From: a virus
Lineage: Duplodnaviria > Caudoviricetes
DNA: 56,528 nt
Virus record (IMG/VR): IMGVR_UViG_3300033153_005235
Location: 1-56,528 of that record
Strand: one strand, 5' to 3'
Part shown: positions 43,951 to 54,700 of the stretch, in pieces
How the letters are laid out: each line of letters begins with the position of its first letter
Position numbering within the stretch: position 1 is the first letter of the stretch
The notes under the pieces: model-generated
What the model was told of the DNA's origin: nothing
The model's database searches: none
Seen by the model: only the letters and a program-made list of their open reading frames with translations
Made by a program: the position numbers and the translations under genes

Positions 43951-45792
43951 ATGGCTGGAAGATACGTTGCAACGTGGAGAAACGTTGGTGATGGTGGTGC
44001 AATGGCTGCGTACAATCGTGGAGCAGAGTCAGCCAGTAGGCAAATTACAGAAGGAATTAGTGGTATTGGTTCAGCGTTTACTGCCGCTGGTAAACAGAGA
44101 GCTGAAGACAATACAACTAGTGTTCTTGCGCTAATTAACGCAGCAAGCACTCGTGAAGAATCTAAGAAAGTTGCTGATGATCTGATTGATAGTGGTATTG
44201 ACTATGACAGTGCTGCTTTAACAAAAGCTTTTCAAAATAAAGACGCTACCCTTCTAGCTAGTGAAAATGTTGAATATGGAAAAGAGCAAGATATTCTTAC
44301 TAAAACTAGATACGATGAAAAGTTTAAATATGAAGAAGAAAAAGACATTACGGATCAAAAATTTAAGAAAACTAAATTTGATTTCGAGAAGGGTAGGATA
44401 GAGAAACAAGATACTAGAACAGCGTTTGTGGACGATGCTGTAAATAAATTCTTTAGTAGTAATATTGATCCAACATCTGATACCACTTCTGCTGTTGACA
44501 CACTCGGTAGGGCGAATAAACTCAGAACTACAATCGGTGGTAAAGAAGGTGAAGATGTGTTTAATAAAATTATCGGCATTAGTGGAATTGGAGCCAACAC
44601 AAAACAACAAGCAATTGACGTTGACAATATAACTGCTAAAAATAATTTCATTGAACAGTTAGAGGTTGGTTCTGTGAGCGGTGAAAGTGACTATGACTTT
44701 ATATCAAAAGCAATTGAAGATGGTGTTAATAGTTCACATGGCGTTCCAAAATCTACATTCATTGCTGTAGCTCCAGAAGTTTACGTTAATGCTGTAGATA
44801 CTGACTTTATGGGTAAGTTTGGTGAAACTGTTACTGGACTTGAGAATATTACAGCTAAGATGACAGAAAAAGGTATTGAGAATCTGTCAGATAAAGATCT
44901 TATTGAGATACGTCAAGACCTTGTTGCGGCAAGAGATCAATATGGCGACATGAGTAAAGATATCAGAGGTAAGTTGAAAGACGATCAAGTTAATCTTAAT
45001 CAAGAAAATCTGATCACAAACAGACTTACTGGCAGTAAGTCTAGGCTTGGTATTGTAAAATCTCAACTTAGTGACATTGGTAAAGCACTCAATGATAGAG
45101 GAGTGGCAATAACAAAATCTGCCCTCAAAAGTGCTGATGATAATACTAAAAGTTATTATACATTTCTTGCTAAGAATCAACCTGGAGAAGTGTTTACTAG
45201 TTTAGTTGGTAAAAACTATGCCTCTGGGAATGAAGCAAAAAGTATAGAAGACTGGATGAATGGACAGATTGAAAGTAATCCAACATTTAAAGAACATCCA
45301 TCACATCTTGTCAATGCTGTCAAGAGAATTGGAGTAAGGAAAGATTCTTGGTTTGGCAAGGACTTTGCCTTTGGAATAAACAATAAACAAGCTAATAGGA
45401 TAATGACACTCGCTCTTGGTGATATCAATAGAGATGTTAAGAGTGGTAAAATACCAAGTGTAATATCTATTAAAGCTACAAAAGATTTAACAGATCAAGT
45501 AAATGCTCAACTTGATACGATAGTTAATGATAAGCCAGAACCAGTTAAAGAAGAATCTAAAACTATTAAACTTAACGATCTTACTGAATCTGTCAAATCA
45601 GCCAGACAAAATTTGATAGACGCTGGTGGTATGGTTACTAAAGCTGGTAAAGTTGTAGGTTTTGGAGTTGATCCTAAAATTATCAAAGCATATAAAGATG
45701 CATTTGATAAAGACAAGAAAGCGAATAGAAAGACAAAAAAACATTACAGTAATTATCAAGAATATTTACTAGGAAACCAATATGCTGAGTGA
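43951..45792 (+). CDS. N4 gp51-like ejection protein
   Basis: TWRNV N-terminal motif, helical, no Cys seen, directly upstream of vRNAP. Confidence 0.75.
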   Translation: MAGRYVATWRNVGDGGAMAAYNRGAESASRQITEGISGIGSAFTAAGKQRAEDNTTSVLALINAASTREESKKVADDLIDSGIDYDSAALTKAFQNKDATLLASENVEYGKEQDILTKTRYDEKFKYEEEKDITDQKFKKTKFDFEKGRIEKQDTRTAFVDDAVNKFFSSNIDPTSDTTSAVDTLGRANKLRTTIGGKEGEDVFNKIIGISGIGANTKQQAIDVDNITAKNNFIEQLEVGSVSGESDYDFISKAIEDGVNSSHGVPKSTFIAVAPEVYVNAVDTDFMGKFGETVTGLENITAKMTEKGIENLSDKDLIEIRQDLVAARDQYGDMSKDIRGKLKDDQVNLNQENLITNRLTGSKSRLGIVKSQLSDIGKALNDRGVAITKSALKSADDNTKSYYTFLAKNQPGEVFTSLVGKNYASGNEAKSIEDWMNGQIESNPTFKEHPSHLVNAVKRIGVRKDSWFGKDFAFGINNKQANRIMTLALGDINRDVKSGKIPSVISIKATKDLTDQVNAQLDTIVNDKPEPVKEESKTIKLNDLTESVKSARQNLIDAGGMVTKAGKVVGFGVDPKIIKAYKDAFDKDKKANRKTKKHYSNYQEYLLGNQYAE

Positions 45793-48700
45793 AGATTTTC
45801 TTAACATTGGCGGGCTATCTGATCGAAAAAATAAAACCATTGAAGAGAAGTCTGCTGATAAAAATACTTACCTTGACTGGGTAACAGAAAGAGTTGACGT
45901 TGGGTATCAACCAGACGCAGATACTTTCCATACATTAGATAAGGAAAAGATTAGAATGTTAGGAGTCAATACATTCGAGTCTAGTGTTGACGTATTGAAA
46001 GACCTTAATCCACTTGCTGTTAGATCACAAAAGCTTGCATTCTCACGAGCTTTTGATAAGCCAGTTAACGATGTTACTCTTGAAGATATTGCTGCCGCTG
46101 GTCAAGTGAGTAAGGAAATTTCTGAGAATGTTATTGGTGATTCAGTTAGGGTTCGTAGGTCAGGAACTGATGTATATGGTAGAACGTTGGCTAAAGTATT
46201 TGACGATAGTGGTAGAAATATTGCCACAGATGTGCTTGGAGATCCTGGGATTAATGCTGGACTAAATACAAGATTCAACTCCAAAGAAAGAAGAATCGAA
46301 GCTGAGGTTAAAAGAAAGAAAACAATACTCGCTGGAACTGATGCTGAGTTTAACAGTGGTTATGATGACGAAACTGGTGAACCAAAAGTACATGTTAACA
46401 GTGATGGAAGTTATAATTACGGTCAACTTAAAGGTCTTGATAGGTTTAATCTTGAAAAGATGATGCCTATAGAGGATGCTAAACATAAAGTCGCTACTAC
46501 AACTTGGAGCAAAGATGACGGTGTGTTAAACTTTGTTGCTAGGATAGTATCCGGTGGTGCTAAAACATTCTCAGAAGTAGTTACTAAACCATTTGTTGGT
46601 AATATACTACACAAATCAGCAGAGACACTTGAAGAGTCGATAAGTGATTACAATCTTAGTGGTAGTAATATTAGCATGGAAACTGGTAAGAGATTTAGGG
46701 AAAAGATTACCAGTGATGATATAGATAAATATAGAGATATTGTTGCAACTCCACATAACGATAGAAGTAAACAACAGCTTGCATTAATGCAAGATCCTAA
46801 GATACAGATAATAGCAGAACATGCTGAAGATTTAAGTGAAAAGATAGTCTCTTATGAGGATATCGATTTATCTAATGAAGAATTGGATAAAATAGTTAAT
46901 AGAGTTGAAGATACTATAGTTGACCAGGGAATGGATCAAGCTTACGAGAGTGGTGGATTTGTTTCTGCACTTGTCTATGGTGTGAAAAATATCGGTAATA
47001 TGAGTAAGAGAATTGGTGATTCGCTACCATTCATGGCTATACTTGCCGCCTCTCCATATGTTTCAGTACCTGCAATGGCTGGTATGATCGATAGTAATGT
47101 TCATGAAAATACTCAACAGTTCAAGAGAATTAATAAAAGAAATCCTGATAGTAAAGAAAGAGCTGTGATTGATGGTTGGTCAACAATGCAGGGAATGTTT
47201 GAAAAGATTGAGGCTGGAGTTATCTCTGGTAAGTTTCCTGGTCTTGTTGAGGCTATGATTGGAGTAAGGAAAGGATTACAACCTGCTACTAAATTTCTAG
47301 CCAAAGGATTCGACATTGTTGTAGGTGAATTCATAAGTGGTGCTGGTTCTGAATTTAGTAAGGAAATTGCTTCTAAACAAGATATTAGTGAAGTTGATTG
47401 GAAGGGCGTTAATATTGGTGGTATTCAGGAGATGATGGCTGCTGGTGGTATGGCTACAGTTATGCAGGGTGGTCGTAAGATATTTAGCGCTCCTAATGAA
47501 AATCAAGTTATCAACAAAATTGACAAGTTAATACAACAAAGAGTTACAATTATTGGTAGTGATAAAGCTAATGAATTAGATGTTTCAAAAGCAAGTGAAG
47601 ATATTGTTAAACTTAGAACCACTCTTGAAACAATGTTTGCTAGTAAAAACATTACCGATAAACAAAAAAACAAGATAGGAAAGATACTTGAAGACATAGA
47701 TATTAAGCCAAAGCCTACAGCTAAAAAACCAATCCAATATAAAGTTACAAAAGGGTTAGGTGGAGCGAAGACTCAAGAGATACTTAACACTAGTTTCAAT
47801 GTGCTTACTGGTAAAGAGAAGGGAAATAAGACTCAAGCTGTAGTTGATCTGATGACAGTGGTTCAGAATGCAGATGAGATATTTGGTGAAGGTGCTGAAC
47901 AAGTTAGAACTGGTGCTAGTCAGATTATTAAGGATAATGCTAAAGAAATATTTGCAGCCAGTAAAGAACTGAGCCAGATCAAAGATAGGACTGAGAAAGA
48001 ATTAGGAGTAGTGCTTAGTAGTCTTGGTTCAGGAGAACAGGTAAATACCAGTAAGGTTGAAGGGCTGAGTAAAGTTGAAGTAGATGCTATCGATGCGGTC
48101 AACATCGCTATCGAGAAGTATGGCACAAAGGAGATGCAAAGGGTTACAAGTGAAATTGCAGATACTGGAACTAAGAACGTCAGTATTAAGGATTATATTA
48201 CCGGGACACTTGATACTGGAAAGATTGCATCTGGTTTCACTAAATTCAATACTCACATGCAGGCTAAAGCTAAAGCGTTCACTGAAGCTGCTGAGACTGC
48301 TGGTGATGGCGTAAAGAGTTATATCAAGAAAGGTATGGGTGATTACACTATTCATACCAAAGTACCCTCAGATGCCATTAAAACGAAGAGTGGAGTAGGG
48401 TATGATAACTATTTTACTATTCATAGCGGAAGTAAGCCATTTGTAGAGAGAACCAATGCTGATGCTGTATTGGTCAAAGAGTTTTATGGATTAGCCGAAG
48501 CGGTAGTAGCCGGGAAGGAGAGTAGGGTAGAAACTATTGATATGGCCAAAGAGTTGGGTCAGGAAATAGTTAAAAGTGGAGTGCTAGACAAGGGAGAAAT
48601 AAAGAAGGATGGCGAAGTCAAAGAAGAAAAAGTCAAAGGGAAAGAGGAAGCGCAAGCAGAAGAAGTTAGAGCGAAAAGAAAATCAACCAAACCAACCACT

Positions 48701-51700
48701 AAACCTTCAGCAAAGCCTGTAGCGAAGCCCGTCAAGGGCGATAGCGCAAGGCTTAAAGAAGATATCCCAATTCAGGAGACAATACCAGAAGAAGCTCAAG
48801 AACAGGATGTGGTAGAGCCAGCTAAACCTGTTAAGCCAGAGGTTATTAAAACCAGTGAACCAATAATTGCAAATGATGGTAAGACAGAGATAGTGGCTAA
48901 GAAAGTTGGTAATAAAATCTATATCTCAACCAATAAAAAACTTTGGAAGCAATATTACACAGAGAAGAGGTGGACCAAGCCAAGGGTTCAACCTGATGGT
49001 AGTAAGGCCAAGGCTCTCCCAGAAGATATATTTAAAAGTGAGCAAGAACTATATGACTTCGTAGATATTCATGAAAGTGGTCATCTTGTACTGGGTCAAA
49101 AGAAAGGAGAGAGTGATGGTGACTATGAATCAAGAATCAATGAATATGCTATTGGCAAACTTGGATTAGGAAAAAAGATCAATTGGTTCGACAATATTAA
49201 AAACAAGATGGTTAGTGTTGGGCGTGAATATACTGTCACAATGGTAGAGATTCTCAAGCATACTGTGAGTAAGAAAGATAGTTTTCTCAGTGGGACTCCA
49301 TTGAGCGTATTGAGCAATGAGAGCCAAAAGAATAGAGAGATTACCAGGCTAACCAAAGAGTTCAAGAAGGCCGGTGAAAAGTATATTAATCCAGATCCAA
49401 GAAAACAAGATTTAATATACAGCTTTAATAATCTCATGGTTAAACATGGGAAAGAGCTGAGTACTCCAGATGAGTATTACTATGCTATGGCTAACTCATT
49501 TGCTAGTTGGATGGCTGCGAGTGGTAGGAAAACTCTAACCAATGATGAACATGATATTAGTGGTATACTGTATGGTGAGTGGGAACATAGTCTAACTGGC
49601 CAAGAAGTTGAAGCTATGGCTGGGATTGGTACTCCTTTGTATATGATAGCTGAAGGTGCTGGAGCTAATATGGCCAAGGTGCTTGGGCTAAAAGTAGAGA
49701 TTCCAAAGGGAATGAATAAGGAAGATCAGGCAATGCTTGGTAAGCTCACGAATCAAAAGAGTTTCGAACGAAGTCTGGGACTTATGATGTTAGATTTGGC
49801 CGGGAAGTTAGAGAGTAATCCAGTTACGGTAGAACATCATGCTGCTATTGATCTTGGTTCAGCAAGTACAGCTAAGAATAAAAGTAAAGATAATACAATT
49901 AAACTGAATACTATTAAATTAGTTAGTGACAGTCTAGTTAAGACATTTGCAAGTAGTGATAATTATTTTGAGGATATTAATGGCGTACAGATGGATAAGA
50001 AAGATATCTATACTGACAAGCCTAGAGAAAGTGTAGAAAATAGAGTACCGGGGAGCATGAGTGAGTTGCCCGGTAATCGAAAGACTATGCTCAGGAAATT
50101 ACAGGATGTAGTCTGGAAACCTATCGATAATAACGTAGACACTTTTCTCGGGTTCACAGGAGATCAGCAGAAGGTTATAGCTGGATGGAAGGATCCAAAG
50201 AGTGTCCATATAGATTTACAGCCTGCAGTTGTAGCTAAGAATAGACAGATCGAGAAACAGATAGCAGATTTACAGGGATTGAAAAGTAAAAAGTTTTGGT
50301 TTGGATATTACTTAATGAATCAATTCAGGATTATGATAGATAGTAATGGAATCAATCCACTTAGTAGTAAGAACCTTCATAGATTTATGGTTAATCCGGA
50401 AGGAGCCAAAATTACATTTAAGAAGGGTTCAGAACAAGAAGTAATGTTCAAATATAGTATCGTCCAAGCTCTCGGGAAGAATGTTGACAAGACTGATCAC
50501 CAGGGAGTTATGGACGACTTTGATCAAGTTGTAATAAAATTTGGTAATTTGGCTCAGAATATCAATGGCCAAGAAGTGGCTGATCGTGGAGTTAATGCTC
50601 ATGGGTTAGCAGGATTAGTTGCACTCGGTGATTGGCTCAAAGTAGAGAATGGTGGGGAAGTTACTACTCATCTTGGATTAGAAGTTGATGGGATTACTAA
50701 TGGGTACGCTCTAGGGTTGTTACAGTTTCCGAATGATACTGATGGTAAATTGTGGGGGAACCTTGCCAGAGTTGGAGTTACAGATAAGAAAGGAAAGTAT
50801 GAAGAGAATATCCATGGTGTAGTAGATGCGTATAATAGAGCTGGGATTGAATTTAAGAAAGTACTTGAAGAGCAAGGTTTGCTTCAAGCATTTGAGGGAG
50901 TATATGGGCCTGTAGATAGAAATCTTATGAAGAGCCCGTTTATGATATTCAATTATGGTGCAAGTGCTCACAAGGCTGCTGAGGGTATCGCTAAGGCTAT
51001 TAGTAAGAAGATATATTCCGGTGAAGTTGATGGTAATAGTCTTGGAGAATTTACTCATAATCTAGGAATAATTACTAATATAACAGTTGGTGGTAAGAAT
51101 TTTATGACCACTGAGATTAAAGATGAGATTGCTATACTTGAAAAAGATATACAAAGAAAGTTTTCAAGTATAGTTGAACAAGCATTTGAGCCATTGGTTG
51201 GCAGTACAAGTGAGATTAAACAGAAGCTTACTCAAGCTATGGATGCAGTAGCTAGTGGGTTTGCTCTGGAGTTTGCGGAGAAGAGTAGAGAGCTAGTTGG
51301 TAAGTTAGTGGTAGAAGGTCCGGTTCATCCAAAGATGATAGGAAGTAATGTTAATCCTAAAGCTGGTAAACCAATTAGATTAAGTAGGGCCGGTCTTACT
51401 CAAAAAGAGATGAGGCAGGTAGCTGAAAGTCTTATTGACACTCACTATCCACTGTTGTCCGGTGCGTGGAACGAAAGTGCTAAAGGTGAGAAGCAAGCTT
51501 TTATAGATATGGTTAGTAGAGATCGTGTTGAGAGTAGTGAGCAAGCTAAGAACGCTATGCTCAAAGAATCTGACCAAACAGAAGTTAGAGAAAGACTTGC
51601 AAAGATGGTTCGAAAGTACGATGGAACTAGGACTCAAGCAGAGAATATTGCTAAACTCATTGGTTCAGACTGGAGTAAGATAAAAAACGATCCAAAGCTT

Positions 51701-54700
51701 AAAGTTAAAGGTAAACTTAGTTTTAACAAAGTTGTCAAGTTGATCCAGAAGGAAAACCTGGTTCCAACTGAAAGTACAGTTAGTCTTGGTGGGTTTGCTT
51801 ATGGACATCCAGGGGCTAAAATGCTGGTCCGGAGTATTCAGAATTTAGATGCTAGTATTATGGGCAAGACTGTAGATGGGTCAGATAGTTTTCTTGGTTT
51901 GCACGATGCGGTATATGTTGGGATCAACAAAATTCAAGAGACAGTTAGTAGGATTAATCAGAATGCATTGGAATTGAGCAGAGAGTATTCAGTGGCCCAG
52001 GCAGTGCTTGAACAGTTTGAGAAGGTGGGGAAGAATGTTCAGGAAGCTGATCATAGGCTTGCTGGTGAGCTTAAAAAGATATTTGAGTCAGATAGGGTAT
52101 ACGAAGTAAAGGCGTTGATTGAGCGGGCTAATAAGCGGCTCAAGAGAGAAAGGAAGAAAAGATGGGAAGGCAATGTAGACAGTGTGAATAAGCAGATTGT
52201 TGGAATAGTAAATGACTTTGTAAAAGTTGTTGGTGATAGAGGGTTATTAGATCTTGAGTTGCCTGCTATTAACAAGAGAGCTAATCTTGATGCTTGGGAC
52301 AAAGATTACAAGGAAACTTCTAAAGAAAAAGAAGATCAAGTAACAGATAGGAAACGACCAGCCAAGTATAGAAAGAATCCAACATATACTCCTCCTAGTC
52401 AGAAGCTTGAACCGCTTAGAGCTATAGTGGGTAAAAACAATAAAGATAGAGAAAATCTGTTTGGTAAGATTGAAGAAGTGGTCCAGTATTATATGCCAGA
52501 TAGTAAGAAAGAAGAAGTTGATCTTGGATCTCTTGGTAAATTAAGTAAGCAGGATATTCAACAAGATGCAGTGAGTGAAATACTTAGGGGTAATACTACT
52601 GCAGAGAATGTGAGCCAGGTTAACGAAATGCTTGGTGCAGACAATAAGGATATTACCCGGGTATTAAAAGAATTGGTTCAGCCGTTGATGGAAAAGATCG
52701 ATGGGCTTAGTGTTAGTTTGAAAGGGTATTCCGGTGGGGTATATGCTGAAGGTGAGTTCCGTAGTGCAGATAATGCGGTAGAGATGGTCTACAATGTTAG
52801 TGGGCCGGAGACTAGGACTGAACAGACAGCACAGGAAGTATTTGGGCATGAAATGATTCATGCGGTAAGCTGGAGAGCTGTGCAAAGTAATCAAAGGTTC
52901 CGGAAACAATTGGAACAGTTGAGAGATGCTATCAGTAAGGATGTAGGAGTTAAAGACTTTCTGGTTGATGGTGATACAAGCGAGAATGCTAAGAAAAATG
53001 CTGAAAGACAATATCTAGCAGTGTTTGGGAAGGATAGTCTACAGGAGTTCTTGGCTTATGGGTTGACCAATCCGGTTCTGATCCAAAAACTGAAAGGAAT
53101 AAAAGCGCAAGAAAGTAAATGGTTCAGCGGTGATACTTGGTACGAGAAAGTATTGAGTGCGATGGTTAAGGCTATCGAGGTGATTGAGGGGCTAATTAAC
53201 AAGAAAGATAGCAAGAGTGGATATGAACAGTTATTTAGTTTAGCTCAAGAAGTAAACGGTATCAATCAAAGCAAGGCAAGTAAAGTTGCTCAAGCTCTCG
53301 ATACTGGCAAGGTCTACGATACTAGTGATGAAGCTATTAAAGCGTTTGTAGGTAAGCATGAAAGATTTGCCCGGGAGTTATTAGCCAAGGTTGCGCTCAA
53401 GGGAATGAAGTTGTCGTATGGTACGGCAAGAGTATTTCCTAAGTTTAAGGGTAAGGTTGGAGAGAAAATTACTCTGGCTGGCCATGCTGCCACACTAGCT
53501 CCAGGTATGATTGCTAGGTTACTTTTTCAGTTGGTTGGGAAAGATGTTATATTTATCAATAAAGATGGAGATGAAGTTACTTACGGTGTTAAAGATAAAG
53601 ATGGTAATTTATTGGACCCAGGTAAAGCATTAATTTATAGTCTAGCTGAACTACATAAAGACATAGAAGGAACTGCTGCCAGGGAACTGTTTAAGCTAGT
53701 TACTGATGTAACAGTTGGAATGCCAGTTGATCTGCAAAGAGCTCTTAGTGAGAGTAAGAGAAAAGTTGAACAGTCCAGAGAAGCAGTAAAAGAGATGGTT
53801 TCACTGGTTATGAGCAAAGATTTTGGAGATAGGAAGCCAACAGATAGTGAAAGTAGAATGTTGACTAAGGTTATCGGTAAAGCTGATCTGCAGGCACTGA
53901 CTAGTTCTTATAGTGCAGATATAATAACTGAGCTAGTGGTGAGTGATAGTAAATTAAATGCGTTGATCCAATCAGAGAAAAGAGCATTAGTTCATGGTGG
54001 AATGAATGGATGGTGGGATGACCAGGCTGAAGGGTTAAGCGATAGAATGGTTAATCAGGAGCAAGGTAGACATCTAGTATTTGACAATGTATTAGCTATG
54101 CAAAAACATTCTACATCTGAGATTAATGATCTGGATAGAATGGATAGGTATATTAGCTTGCTTGCATTACAAAAAACAGATGGTAGAGGGAAGGTTGCTA
54201 AGTTTATCAAAGAGAATAAAGAAGGGTTTAAGAGTGCTCTTAATACATTTGTTAGTTTGGATAGTGCCGGGAAAGAGTCGTTTGTGGACAGTGAGATATT
54301 GATGACTAAAGGACATATTCCAAAGATTGGTGATCCACATAAAGCTATAGAAGTTGCCGCTATTGATCCAACAACAAAAGAACAGATGAGATTGAGAGGA
54401 TATGAGTGGAAATATGATTTAGAGAATTACGCTGGTAATAAGGTAGGAATGTATTTTGCTAAGAATTTACCAATGGAGAGTCAGGTTAAAGGTTTGCTTA
54501 GTAGGACTGGTAAACATATGGCTCATACAAGTATGATGGCCAAGTGGAAAGAAGAATATAATACCAATACTCTAGTTGATGATAGAAGATATAAAGATCT
54601 GAAAAAATATCAGAACTTGATGTTGAAGAAAGAGATCAACACTAAGCGTCATAAGAAGGCTCTGAGGCCAGTAGTGAACGAAAAAGGTAAGATTGTTGAC

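Noticed and set aside
7081-48700. AAACCAACCAC word at 7081, 48689 and (inverted) 12785, near hairpin elements
   Set aside because: 11-12-mer matches are expected by chance in 56 kb, and the 7081 copy is explained as a terminator stem
48609-48722. Alternative-frame basic peptide MAKSKKKKSKGKRKRKQKK inside vRNAP
   Set aside because: Expected by-product of a Lys/Glu-rich purine tract read in another frame
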